Positions 1 to 11,385 are shown, numbered from the stretch's first letter. The stretch: DNA of 64,000 nucleotides from an uncultured Hormoscilla sp. (GCA_963921275.4 OZ001293.3:5344001-5408000); one strand, 5' to 3'. Translations and numbers: made by a program. Notes: a model not told the origin generated them from the letters alone.

Positions 1-1093
1 TTGCCTGCTTCTGTTGCATTTCCTTGTGCTCTGAGAGCAACCCCCTTATATACCGGTTAAAGGGAATGGTCAGAAGTTGATTAACTTTGATCAGGTCCCC
101 ATCTGTCAGTTGATTAGCCTGCATCAATTCAGGTATAGAAACATCATACTGACGAGAGATTTCTTCTAGCGTCTCTCCAGCCCGAACCCGATGTCGTTTC
201 CGGGTCAAGCTGGGGTGGACCTCACGTATCTGTTCTGAACCCAGACCTATCGGAACTACCCTTGGGGTCTCAAGATCGGGCAGGTCCCTGGACCGATCTT
301 GGGCGTGATATTTTTCCCTTAATCCCTGGACTTCAGCCCTCAAGCCATCCACATATACGGGGTGAACTGAGATCATTTCTGGAATTAACCCAGGTACATT
401 GGACCCTACTGGCTGGGCAACCATAAATGGCACCATATCGGTGCCATCGGATAGTACAACAGTCGAGGTCAACAACTGGGGCCATTGGCTAGTTGTTGAC
501 TGGAATTGACCGCTAGTGATGGTTTGATTGACATTGAACCTTTCGTACCCGCTCAGCCGCTCAACTAAACTCGATTCACCAGCCTCTGCTATTTGCGTCA
601 CCTCAACAGATATTTCCTGGAACTGCGGTTGTGCCCCACCTAGAGACCAGTATTTTTCCGGTGACCACTCAAACTCATGCCCACCCGCATCTAATGAGAA
701 CCTCCTTGTCACGGCCCCGATCATCGCCTCACTAGCTGGAGTATATGGCCAAGTTGGCGTTTCTGTTGCAGCAGAACCCAAACCTGTCCCGATTTTTCCG
801 GCACGGTGCGCTGGATCCTTTACCACCGGTTCTGCTGCCATTGCTCTGTCACTCTTTTGGTGCAGAAACAGGCTAGATATGGCGACTAACCCTATTGCAG
901 CCGCCCCCGAGCCAACCCGACGATTTGTTTCTGGTTGGGTCTGTTTTGATGTACCCTCGCCCGATGTGCGATGCGCAGTGCGTTCCCAGGCTCTGCCTAG
1001 GAACGAGGCGCGCGCATCGCACCTCGGAGCTGCTGGAGCATCCTTAGGGCCATCAACCGACTGACAAACCTTCTGGGGTAATGTTCCTTTCAA
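1..1093 (-). CDS. LysM peptidoglycan-binding protein (NlpD/M23-like), runs off the window start
   Basis: AGGAGG RBS then TTG at 1093; frame open to the window edge, so absent from the ORF track; LysM motif HRVRAGETLEEISRQYDVSIPELMQANQLTDGDLIKVNQLLTIP. Confidence 0.8.
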   Translation of the reverse strand, partial: MKGTLPQKVCQSVDGPKDAPAAPRCDARASFLGRAWERTAHRTSGEGTSKQTQPETNRRVGSGAAAIGLVAISSLFLHQKSDRAMAAEPVVKDPAHRAGKIGTGLGSAATETPTWPYTPASEAMIGAVTRRFSLDAGGHEFEWSPEKYWSLGGAQPQFQEISVEVTQIAEAGESSLVERLSGYERFNVNQTITSGQFQSTTSQWPQLLTSTVVLSDGTDMVPFMVAQPVGSNVPGLIPEMISVHPVYVDGLRAEVQGLREKYHAQDRSRDLPDLETPRVVPIGLGSEQIREVHPSLTRKRHRVRAGETLEEISRQYDVSIPELMQANQLTDGDLIKVNQLLTIPFNRYIRGLLSEHKEMQQKQA

Positions 1094-1459
1094 AGAACGA
1101 CCTCCTAATGGCGAACACTTAACTGTCCTTTCCGAACCTAAGTCCCATGAGATTGCCCTAACTCACCTATAAGTACGATGGCGAGCACATACATGTCTTT
1201 AGGTAACGGTTACAATATCATTTTTATGTGAGTGAAGCAAGGATGATCGCCCGATCGAGTTTTGACTAGCGCCATCACAGCCACTCAACTACCATCTTCG
1301 GGATTTTTATCCTCTGACGGTAAAAGATGATGGTCATATTTTATAGTCGGGATCGCCCAAGCAGAATGTTACCAGAAATACTTTTTGCCCAATGTTCTGC
1401 CATCGTCGGACCCTGACTCTCTGCCATAGATTCTCATCCATCCTCAAGAGAATTAAAAT

Positions 1460-1924
1460 CTATCTTTCGAGATCACCTAATTGACGCCTGGCTTCAAACA
1501 AACCCACGGCGGCGCTGACGGAAAGATTGAGGCTGCGAACCCCTGGCTGGTTCATGGGAATATAGACAGTAGCCGCACAGGCGGCTAATACAGATGGTGC
1601 TAGACCAGTGGTTTCGCTGCCAAACAACAGCCAGTCACCAGGCTGGAATGGGAATTTGACATAGTTATAGCTGCCCGTAGTGCTAAAACCAATCCATCGT
1701 CCCCCTAGCTGCTGCCCGAAGGCGGTAAAGGCTTCGAGAGAACTGTGTTGGTGCAAGTTGACGTAGGGCCAGTAATCTAGACCGGCTCGCTTCAAATGGC
1801 GATCGCTAATCTCAAAACCCAGTGGCCCCACTAAATGCAGTTCCGTGCCAGTTGCAGCACAGGTGCGGGCTATGTTGCCGGTATTGGGTGGAATTTGCGG
1901 TTTAATCAAGACAACCCTCAGCAT
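1460..1924 (-). CDS. trmL: tRNA (cytidine/uridine-34 2'-O)-methyltransferase, SpoU family
   Basis: PQIPPNTGNIARTCA, LKRAGLDYW, FGSET and RSLNLS motifs. Confidence 0.93.
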   Translation of the reverse strand: MLRVVLIKPQIPPNTGNIARTCAATGTELHLVGPLGFEISDRHLKRAGLDYWPYVNLHQHSSLEAFTAFGQQLGGRWIGFSTTGSYNYVKFPFQPGDWLLFGSETTGLAPSVLAACAATVYIPMNQPGVRSLNLSVSAAVGLFEARRQLGDLER

Positions 1925-2230
1925 CAAACGCTTATTTAACTTTGTTTAGGCAACCTCTGATTGTATCCGGAGAAAACGGCTACATATTTATTTTTTTTTA
2001 ATATCTGGTAGCCAGAGAAAATTGATTAGATATTCCGATCGTGGTTAGTGGTCACTGGTCATCAGCATTTGTATTATGAGTAAATTTTGTATTATCCGGT
2101 AAAAAAGGGAGATGGGTGAAAATTTTCCTCTCTCCCTTAAGTAGCAGGACATAATTATTTTCAGATTTTCCTAGGGAGTAAAAAAGGCTATAGCCCTTAC
2201 TGGGTGGGCATTTTACGCTCTCTGGTATCA

Positions 2231-2263
2231 ACTACGAACTACGAACTACGAACTACGAACTAC
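2231..2263. repeat. Heptamer tandem repeat (ACTACGA)n, STRR-like
   Basis: About 4.5 tandem copies read directly. Confidence 0.85.
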
Positions 2264-2316
2264 TTATCCCCTCGGAACCAGGTGGGTGAGTAAGTAATGC
2301 TGATTTTTAAGTTATG

Positions 2317-3467
2317 TTAAGCAACCAGGGCATGGCACAAATTATCAGAGAGTTCTTGTTCTCGCAACTGAGTGGCAACAATCGCTTGCTTGATGATACT
2401 GCGGGTTGTCAACCCCCTAGGTCGCAGTTTTAACCATCGCTGGGCTTCGTTGCCTTCCCGGAGAATCTTTTGCAGGGGCGAGAGGAAACAGCTAAACCCG
2501 CGTTGCTTGGCATGGGGCCAAACTTCTCGATCGAGTTCCCAGATCCATTCCCGCGCCTGGATGGTGCGACCATCTTGCCAATGTAACAGTTGAGCGTCCA
2601 GACTGTGGCGTGCTGCTGCTGCTTCATTAGCATCGGTGAGGTCGATCAAGTCGGAGGCACGGGTCGAAGCTGGTAAGGTACTGGCCTCTAGGGGGTCTAA
2701 ACCGGGGTCATTAATCAGTTGCCACAGGCGGGCTTCTAAGAGGGCGGTGATGGCTAGTAAGGCGATCGGGTCTGTGACCAAGTCGCAAATTCTCACTCCA
2801 GACGGTTGAGGTCGTAAGGGCGATGGGCACCGTTGGGTCGCACTGAGGTCCACAGGTGACGGACATTTTGCATTGTACCTGCTTTCAGTTGCGCTTCCAT
2901 CCACTGGATATGGTGGGCATGGCTGGTAAACAGGGGCACATGTTCTGGTGTTTTGGGGAAAACTTGCCAGCGAGTCGAGTGAGAACCGGTCGCCAGACCG
3001 TCAATAAACGGCGATGAGGCACTCAGGGCCAGATATAGGGGCGCTTCTACCCGTACCAGGCGACAGGCCCGCATGAGTAATTCTCGGTCGCTGATGCCTA
3101 TGTTGATATGAATGCTGGCGGTGACTACTTTCGTGCCGTAGGTTTGTTCGATGTAGCTGTGGTAGGGGTTGTTCGGGTCGGAACGACTGAAGTGATCGCT
3201 GCCCCCCAAGCACAAGGTACTCCCAGGAATTAGGGTGTAATCACCCAGACTCTTGATATAGTTTCGCAGCCGCCTCCGGGGTTGCAGCAACTCACACAAC
3301 AATGCATCATAGCGGCACAAGGGGGCTGTCGTGTATTCTACATTACGGCTGTCTGGTTCCCGTACAAACCCATCTAGTGCGGCCACAATCTTGTCAGAGA
3401 GTCCGACTATATCACCTTCTGGCGTGCCTGTGTACATTTCTACCTCGAAGCCTTTTGATAGCAGCAT
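2317..3467 (-). pseudogene. gshA: Glutamate-cysteine ligase, frameshifted near 2795
   Basis: MLLSKGFEVEMYTG...RPYDLNRLE* continues as RICDLVTDP in the adjacent frame; one base is missing from the expected LELRICDL. Confidence 0.88.
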
Positions 3468-3900
3468 GGCAATTATTTTCAACCCTCTTGAGTTCTCTTC
3501 TGCTCTTTCTATTATCTGCGATCCTGACCCGACTGTGTCTATTCTTTTTTTGCTTGTTGGCCAAAGCCCTGATTGTTTGATAACACATTTTTAATAATTT
3601 GTCAAGCTATATTGTACTCTTGTTGTATCTGGACAAAGGTGCATTGGCAGCAGCAAGCTCATCAAGTATGAAAGACTGATGATATTGCTGTGTACGTTGA
3701 CAGGCATGAGACGATAGTATATTATTTATAAAGGGACACGGGATCCTCCCATCAAAAGCAATTGTTTTTGAGAATAAAAAATGTCAAATTTAACTGTTGA
3801 TATGCCAAGGTATTTATTATTGTGCAGCGCGACAATATGAAGATGCTTTATAATTAGAAGCAGCATTAAAAGAAACAAATTGTATAGTTATTTGGCGATT

Positions 3901-4278
3901 ATGGCAGATTTAAGCGGTAGTTGGCTGGGAACATACTGGCAAAGAGAAAAGCCTACCAGATTTGAAGCCACTCTCCTTCAAAGTGGAAACGCCTTGAGTG
4001 GCAATATCTTGGATGACGGTCCCTTAGGGGAAGCTTTGTTAAGCGGTGAAGCGATCGGACGCCGCGTCAGCTTTGCTAAGCGCTAGCTGGGTGCTGGTAG
4101 TGAGTCGATCAGTTATACTGGTGTTGTCAATGAAGATGAAAATTATATGCCGGGACAGTGGCAAGTTGGAGATTATGATTCTGGACCCTGGGAAGCTCAT
4201 CGCAGTGGATCTAACCTGACTGTGGAATTTGCACAAAGTAAAAGCAAGCGAGAACTTGTCGGGGTTGGCAGGGTTTAA
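3901..4278 (+). pseudogene. Conserved cyanobacterial hypothetical protein with an internal TAG at 4084
   Basis: MADLSGSWLGTYWQ...FAKR*LGAG...GPWEAHR in a single frame ending at TAA 4278. Confidence 0.7.
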
Positions 4279-4454
4279 ACGGGATAAGAAACCCTGTTTT
4301 TCGGAAAAACCAGGGTTTTTGGCCTACAATCTGATTTTTCCGGCACGGTGGGCAATGCTACTTTACAGAGTTATTGCAACAGGTGTAATATGTGAGTTGT
4401 AACCGACTATAAACAGATAATAATATTATCAAAGAGAGGGGTGCAAGATATGAG

Positions 4455-5108
4455 TTATTTTTGGGGAACGGTAAAAAATAACTTCTCCAAAAATTGGCTA
4501 AGACCTACTTGTTTTACTTCCCCTGCTCTCTGCTCCCTAGATTCTCCGGGATTGGTAATTTTTTGATTTGGAAGTACCTTGGGCTCGGGACACCCTAGGC
4601 TTGCTCGCGTCGATACTCCGGTGACTGGATTGACTCCCGAGGCCCGATCGCACATTAACTTGACCTGATAGCGGTCAATAAATGCATTAGAAAAATCAGC
4701 GCCCGTGATAGTTGCCTTCACAAAAATGCTGCTGCTGAGCATGGCATCGGTGAAAATGGCGTTGGTCAAATTAGCACCATAAAATGAAACCCGATCGGCA
4801 AAGGTATCTGTCAGGTTGGCTCCGGTTAAGTCAGCCTGGATAAAAGAGCCTTTGGTAAGAATCGTTCTCTGGAGATTGGCGCCGCGAAAGTTGGCTCTGT
4901 ACATATCAGCTCCAGCCAATGAGGTTCCTGACAAGTTACTTTGGGAAAAATCCCGATACTGGAGGTCGGCAAGGGTGTAGTTAACAGTATTTTCCTGTGC
5001 TAGAGTCGGGCGGGCATCTACAATTATTCCAGTTACGACCAGCAACAGGATAGTCAAGATGGCGATCGGATTAGGTAGCGAAGTTTTCTGGTTTGGCTTT
5101 CTGACCAT
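4455..5108 (-). CDS. Pentapeptide repeat protein (exported/lumenal type)
   Basis: Hydrophobic signal region, A(D/N)LXX repeats, C-terminal GVNPVTGVSTRASLGC; start codon uncertain. Confidence 0.88.
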   Translation of the reverse strand: MVRKPNQKTSLPNPIAILTILLLVVTGIIVDARPTLAQENTVNYTLADLQYRDFSQSNLSGTSLAGADMYRANFRGANLQRTILTKGSFIQADLTGANLTDTFADRVSFYGANLTNAIFTDAMLSSSIFVKATITGADFSNAFIDRYQVKLMCDRASGVNPVTGVSTRASLGCPEPKVLPNQKITNPGESREQRAGEVKQVGLSQFLEKLFFTVPQK

Positions 5109-5185
5109 ATCAATCCTTGTCTTCAACGGGAGCCTATTCATGATATCATAGTCCGGCGAGCATGACAACATAGAGCAGAACAGCG

Positions 5186-6148
5186 ATGAGTGGACTAGCA
5201 GCTTTTATTTTTGATGTTGATGGCACTTTGGCGGACACCGAACGGGATGGCCATAGAATAGCGTTTAATCGCGCTTTTGCTGAGGCGGCTCTAGATTGGC
5301 ATTGGTCGGTAGAACTGTATGGCAAATTGCTGGCAATCTCTGGTGGCAAAGAACGTATTCGCTTTTACTTGCAACAGCTTAACCCCCACCCCCACCCCCA
5401 CCTTGCGTTCCCAGGTAGAGCCAGGGAACGAGGGTGGGGCTACGAGAACATTGCCCGCCTGCGCGGGCTTAACCCTCACCCTCACCCCCACCTGGCGTTC
5501 CCAGGCAGAGCCAGGGAACGAGGGTGGGGCTACGAGAACATTGCCTGCCTGCGCGGGCTGAGTGGGGGCGATAATTTGGGAAAAGGGGATTCTCCAGACG
5601 ACCTGGATGAGTTTATTGCTGACTTACATGCAGCTAAAATTAAGCATTACCAACAATTGCTGGCTTTTGGAGCTATTCCTTTGCGCCCTGGGGTCCGGCG
5701 ATTGTTAGATGAGGCCAGAACACAAGCAGTTAGGTTGGCGATCGCCACTACCAGTGCTTTACCTAATGCCACGGCCTTATTAGAACAGACTCTCGATCCA
5801 TCTTGGTTTGAGGTAATTGCCGCAGGTGATATAGTCCCTGCTAAAAAGCCAGCCCCCGATATCTATGAATATGTGTTGGCAAAGATGGGTTTGACCGCAG
5901 GGGAATGTTTGGTGTTTGAAGACTCCCAACCTGGTCTGCAAGCGGCCCATCAAGCTGGCTTAAAAACAGTGGTTACTGTCAATGATTATATTCAGGGTCA
6001 AGATTTTACCGATGCTATACTACTATTGAATCATCTGGGAGAACCCGAACAACCTTTTACTGTTCTTGCTGGAGAGGTGCCAGATGATTCCAGCTATCTG
6101 GATATGGCATTGGTGCGTCATCTGCATAGTGCTTTCTATGTTTTATAG
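5186..6148 (+). CDS. cbbY: HAD-superfamily hydrolase, CbbY-like, carrying a repeat-derived in-frame insertion
   Basis: FDVDGTLADTERDGHR, KKPAPDIY and FEDS motifs; 2 x 30-aa insertion at 5381-5560. Confidence 0.85.
   Translation: MSGLAAFIFDVDGTLADTERDGHRIAFNRAFAEAALDWHWSVELYGKLLAISGGKERIRFYLQQLNPHPHPHLAFPGRARERGWGYENIARLRGLNPHPHPHLAFPGRARERGWGYENIACLRGLSGGDNLGKGDSPDDLDEFIADLHAAKIKHYQQLLAFGAIPLRPGVRRLLDEARTQAVRLAIATTSALPNATALLEQTLDPSWFEVIAAGDIVPAKKPAPDIYEYVLAKMGLTAGECLVFEDSQPGLQAAHQAGLKTVVTVNDYIQGQDFTDAILLLNHLGEPEQPFTVLAGEVPDDSSYLDMALVRHLHSAFYVL
5381..5560 (+). repeat. Two tandem 90-nt composite palindromic repeats inside cbbY
   Basis: 5381-5470 and 5471-5560 are nearly identical; each contains CGTTCCCAGG..CCAGGGAACG and GCCCGCCTGCGCGGGCT hairpins. 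Confidence 0.9.
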
Positions 6149-6341
6149 GGCGATCTGGCTTGCTGCTGTTGTACCGTTCCGGAAAAATCGGAACTCATCA
6201 AGTTCAGATCGGCAAGCAGAAGTTTCTAGATCGATGGATTAATCATCAGCGTACCTCGCTGTTCACAGTCGCCTCTCCTATTTTAGCATCTGGACAGAAT
6301 AAGCGATTGCGATGACAGTTGCTTGCCTATCCAGATATGAG

Positions 6342-7958
6342 CTACCGTGGTCCCGATCGAACCATGTTCAGTCCATACAGATACAGTTCAGCTACATTAT
6401 AAACACGAGGGGGAGGATCTTTAGGACGCGAACGTTCCTTGAAAATACCAGCGTCAATCATAGACCTGATTTGAAGAGTTAGATTGCTATCCTCCATGTT
6501 CCATATTCTTTCCAGTTGAGTTTCGTCAATAGGAGAGCGTTGTTCCTGGAGTTTATCTAGCAATTCAACAAGTTCAGGATATTCGTTACGCACCTCTGCC
6601 ACACGCTGCTTGGAAACCTCTGGAAAAGCATCTATCAATGCCCGAGGACGCAAAATTCGCTCATAATATTCTGTTGAATAATCTTTCTCGATTTTGATCG
6701 CCTCCTCTAGTAGCAAGATTAGGCTTCGCGGGAAACGATTCTCTTGACTGTCAGCAGTTCGTTTGCGAACCCAGTTGTATGTATAAGCAGCCTTCCCACG
6801 ACCCATTCGCTCGCCCCATAAATAATACAGGCTTTTCCGCAATTGCTCTAAGCCAATTTTATCGAGTAGCTCTACCTTCATTCCTAACTCCTGGTTTAAA
6901 GCTTGGCTCAGACTATCAGAACTATTTAAAGCTTGGCGTAGCACCAGTCTCCAGAGGTCGGCTTCCTCCCAGCGCAGTTGGATCGACCTGCCGCTATAAT
7001 GTCCTTTATTTGTAAAGTTGAGCTGGTTCCAGATATCCTCTCGTAAAAATATCTTAGGCACAATATACTTTAGACTCGTCCCGCTTTCTAACCACCATTC
7101 AAGCAAAGCTTCTAGTGCTTTCTTTCGTCTCTCATAGTCTATTTTAGTGGAACCAAAGCCAGCATCTAGTTCATCGTAAAGAAGCCACACATGCCGATCG
7201 CGCTCTCGCAACCAGCGGTCAATATCTCGTAATTCATCACCAGCTTTTGAAAGAGCTTGTGGAGATTGAGTCCGCTGAACCAACCACGAGACTATTGGAG
7301 TATGTGAGGGACTATCTGGAATGCTCAATTTCACCAACTCCTTATCCAAAACAGGGAGCGAACGTAACTCTGGCTGAGCATGGCACAGTTGCAAGAGAGC
7401 ATAATTTAACCAGAAATATTTCCAGCTATTGTCACCTACCTGTTGTTCGTAACTAGCGAGATCGCTACCTCCTATAACTGGACCTGAAAGTCTCGGTTGG
7501 CCGTGTCCTGCAATAAAATCAACATTTGTTAAATATACATGATATCTAGCCAATTCTCTGGCTTCTTTTGCCTGTTCAACAAACAGTCTAAATAACAAAC
7601 TTTTCCCAGTTTCCTTGGCTCCTCTTATGAGCCAATTATTATTACTTAAAAACTCTGGAAAATCATCCGTGCGTTGGAATATTTTAGGTATTTTTTCAGC
7701 TGCTAGTTGCTGTGCTGTTGCCGCCTCAAACCGCAATTCCTGCAAAAAAATTTGACGGGTTTTCAGACTTGTAGTTGGTGCGCTAGTTTTAATGTCAGGC
7801 AAACTAGGATCAATGGCATCGGCAATTGGCAGATAATCATTGAGCAAATTTTTGGGTACATCCTTGACCAGACTGGACAAAGTTGTAATGTTGGGGTTGT
7901 AAGGCACCTCGTAGTGAAGTTCACCAACTGTTGTTCCACTAGGCACGCCCCAGTTTTC
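6342..7958 (-). pseudogene. P-loop ATPase (Sll1717-like), probably the 5'-truncated C-terminal part of a larger ATPase fusion
   Basis: Walker A GAKETGKS, Walker B LLYDELD, IFLREDIW; its apparent start lies inside chlH-derived sequence. Confidence 0.6.
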
Positions 7959-9968
7959 CTCGCCCATTCGCTTCTAACATCCGACCCACGATATTCCGAA
8001 ATGCCTCCGGGTTCGCTTCTCGCAGTTTCTCCGCCATCTTCGCATCTAATGCATAGGTCTCTGCTGCTTGGTCGTACACCCAAGTATCCGTGAAATTCGC
8101 TGTCCCCCCCCAACCAATTAATGCTGTCATTCGCTGGGATATCTCATAGGTACCTCCCGAACCTTGATCTGCCATTGCTTCTGCCCATTTCGGATTTAGC
8201 AATTTGGTTCGATATTCCATCCTCAGCACATCTCCTAAGTTCCGGGGTGTCGTATCTTTGGAGAAACTTTCCACAAAGCTGGCATTCACTTTTTGGCCCC
8301 GCTGTTTCTCTGCTGCTTGTTTTAATCCTCCCGTGTTCGCGTAATATTCCTGTATGTCTGTCAGGCCATATTCCACTGAGTCGATTTCTTGGATGATGCG
8401 ATCGGTCGTCTGCAATAGCTGGGTAAAAATTTCCTGTCTCGCTTCCCCTTTGTCTTTTCTGCCATAACTGAAGCGGTTCCGCCCCGCCCATGTATCCCCT
8501 AACTCCTCCCCTGTTTCCCAGTTCCCGTCTACTACCCGATCGTTCACTAGGGAACCAAAATCTCCTGCTAGATTAGAAAACAGTCTCGCTGCTGCATTTT
8601 CTACACCTTGCTTTTGCAAAGCTAACGCATGTTTGCGGATAAAGTTCATCTCTTCTGGTTCCTCGGCATCCGCCGCCCTTTGGAACAAGTCGTCCAGCAA
8701 TTCAATGATATTCGCAAAGCTGTCTCGGAAGATCCCTGAAAGGTTGCCTAAAACATCAATCCGGGGATGAGTTAACTCGGTAATGGGTTTTAATTCATAG
8801 CGGACTATCCGCCCGGTTCCTTCTTTCACTGGAGAGGCCCCTACTAATTCTAGCAGAATCCCGATCGACTCTCTCTTGGTCTTGATCGCATCTAACCCCC
8901 ACAGCATCACTGCTACGGTTTCGGGATATTTTCCCTCTTCCTGAAGATGCTGGGCGAGGATCTTTTGGCCAATCTCTCGCCCCCGATCGCACGCAGCAGG
9001 TGAGGGCATGCAATCGGGGTCTAAGGCATGAATATTGCGACCTGTGGGCAATACTCCCGGACCATCCCGCAATAGATCTCCACCTGGGGCTGCGGGGATA
9101 TACTCGCCGTTCAATCCTCGCAGCAGGTTGGTTAATTCATCTGGGGTTTGCATTAATAATTCGCGAATTGCTGATGATGATGTCTCGGGTTCATCGCCCA
9201 AATAAGCCTCCAGATAGGATGTCATTTCCTCTTCATCAGGTGCTTTTCCCAATATATGCAACCCCGAGGAAAACAGCCGTTTTTCCATTATTTGTAGGTA
9301 TTCGTATATTTTGACAAAATAGCGGTTTAATGCTTCAGCACTAAACATTCGAGCATTCTCAGATGTAAAGGCAATGCCTAATTTTTTGGCGTCCTCGAAG
9401 GGACAGTCGGCATCTAGTCCCGCGTCTACAATTTTCTGACAAATAGCTTCCTTGAGGACGTAATTATTTGCGGGTGCTTCCCGATATTCGGAGATTAAAT
9501 CTCGCAAGGCCAGCAATTCTTTGTATAACCCCGCCCGACCGTAGGGCGGGACATTGTGGGAAATTAGGACCCCATAGCCCCGCCGCTTTGCTAGCATAGA
9601 TTCGGAGGGGTTGTTGGCAGCATAGATATAAAGATGGGGTAAGTCTCCCAGGAGAATGTCCGACCAGGAATAGCCGGTATTTCCTAAAGGCGACCCTGGC
9701 AACCATTCTACCGTGCCGTGCATCCCAAAGTGGACGATCGCATCTGCTTGGTATTCATTTTGCAGCCATTTGTAGAAGGCAGCATATTGGGGATGGGGGG
9801 TCAAGTCCTTTTCAAACATGAGTCGCATGGGGTCCCCGGCAATTCCTAAGGGGGGCTGCACTCCGATCCAAATATTTCCCAACTGCACGCCGCCCAGGTG
9901 AAAGTCATCTCCCAAAGTCTTAATTCCCGTACCCGTAAGGGAATGCCATTGCTTCTCGATGCGGGTGG
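7939..9968 (-). pseudogene. Magnesium chelatase H subunit (ChlH/BchH/CobN family) paralogue, truncated at both ends
   Basis: HFGMHGTVEWLPG, LPTGRNIHALDP and RTKLLNPKW motifs; begins mid-protein (TTRIEKQWHSLTG) directly after the antitoxin stop; native tail replaced after EANGRG. Confidence 0.82.
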
Positions 9969-10226
9969 TTATACTTCATACTTTGCTCTGATCTCCTCTA
10001 TGCTAACACCCTTACCCTCTCTGAGATCCTTTCGGGCCTGCGCCACCCGAGAGAGGAATTTGGGATTATGTAACAGTAGTTCTTCCCACCAGTCTTCAGG
10101 ATCTTCTAAACCCATTAGAATTCCTACTGCTACTCCTTCGCGAGTGATAATTACATAATCCTTCTGGGCCTGCTGCAAATAACTTGATAAATCTGTTTCA
10201 ACTTCTTCTATTGACACTTGCTTCAC
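9969..10226 (-). CDS. Phd/YefM-family antitoxin
   Basis: VIITREGVAVGILMG; GTG start overlaps the toxin TGA (GTGA). Confidence 0.8.
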   Translation of the reverse strand: MKQVSIEEVETDLSSYLQQAQKDYVIITREGVAVGILMGLEDPEDWWEELLLHNPKFLSRVAQARKDLREGKGVSIEEIRAKYEV

Positions 10227-10531
10227 TGTTCTTCCCTCCCGTACTCCGATAACCACGTGATTGCTTGAGGCTTTTCTTTAATTGCTATAATTTCTACTGC
10301 TCCCGTGTCTACATTATAGATCACATCGTAGAACACGCGCAAATTATCAATTCGTAACCGGTATTGTGGCCGCTGCATTCGGATCAGACGCTTTATGCGA
10401 CTTTTGCTCACTTTCTCAGGCTCATATCTGAGATGTGTCTCAATTCCATCAAGAACTTTTGCCAGATCGCTTGCTCTGAGTGCTGCTATATCCTTTTCTG
10501 CTGCTGGCGAAAAAATAATCTCGAATCTCAC
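10223..10531 (-). CDS. RelE/ParE-family toxin
   Basis: YRLRIDNLRVFYDV; translationally coupled to the antitoxin. Confidence 0.82.
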   Translation of the reverse strand: MRFEIIFSPAAEKDIAALRASDLAKVLDGIETHLRYEPEKVSKSRIKRLIRMQRPQYRLRIDNLRVFYDVIYNVDTGAVEIIAIKEKPQAITWLSEYGREEQ

Positions 10532-10579
10532 AATCGTTACAGTATATCTAACTACCGTTGATGTTTACCTAATTTTAAC

Positions 10580-10849
10580 CAACAAAAGATTGGATCTACG
10601 GTTAGCGTCATTCATAAATGCTGTCTCGGCTAAAAGCTCGATCGGATAGACTCGGACTATTTTTAGGAAGTTGCGAGATCCAGGCGCGAAAATCCCTAGC
10701 CCGTTCCTCTGGTGTGGCGCTCAGCCCAAGGGGAGCAACTCTCACTCGACTCCAGTCTGAAATTCTCGCGATGCAATCAAATCAGCAATTATTTTCAGTT
10801 ACTCATCGCTGAGTTTGTCTATTTCTTTCTTCAGTTTTTCTTTGAGCAT
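10580..10849 (-). pseudogene. Decayed antitoxin-like gene followed by the stub of a PIN toxin
   Basis: MLKEKLKKEIDKLSDE*...PSLSDRAFSRDSIYE, then an ATGA-coupled VD(T)NLLL-like remnant. Confidence 0.45.
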
Positions 10850-11278
10850 AATTACGGTTCGTCTAACCTCCTCAACCCAACAGTTCCATGATATTCCAAT
10901 CTACTGCCTTTGACAACCCCATATGCCTTCCACATGTTATCCGATACTCAAGAATCGCTCAAACCTATGTATACCAATCGTTTCTACGATCGTTAAGAAT
11001 TATTAAACCTGCCACTCTCGTCCCCGATCGCCGGTTGTAATCCGGGCCTCTCGAACTACCCGATCGCCCTTCCACCCCCATAGTACAGTTCTCTACAGCA
11101 TGACCTTGAAAAATCAGCAAGTTTATGATATATTTCATGATTTTCAGCAGGCGATCGCCCCGATGAGTTTGATAACTGCCATCCTCAACATGATAGCGAT
11201 CGTATACTATTATAGTCTAAGCAAGTGTCATATAAAATACTTGCAATTTGAGTAGAATAGAGAAGGAAGTATATCTAT

Positions 11279-11385
11279 ATGAAAGCCGAGGAACTGAATA
11301 AAAAGTTTGACAACTCTGAAGACGTGCTGGAGTTTTTCGATCTGTCTACTTTCAGACAACCAGGATTAGAAACTAAGCCAGTGAA
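11279..11385 (+). pseudogene. BrnA/CopG-like antitoxin N-terminal fragment
   Basis: MKAEELNKKFDNSEDVLEFFDLSTFRQPGLE, then truncated. Confidence 0.55.

Noticed and set aside
528..1064. 178-aa plus-strand ORF
   Set aside because: Antisense shadow of the LysM gene, which has an RBS and a recognisable domain.
10545..10606. Integron attC-like site (GCTAAC...GTTAGAT) before the relE/phd pair
   Set aside because: The palindrome is weak, it overlaps what looks like a PIN toxin stub, and there is no second attC or integrase in the window.
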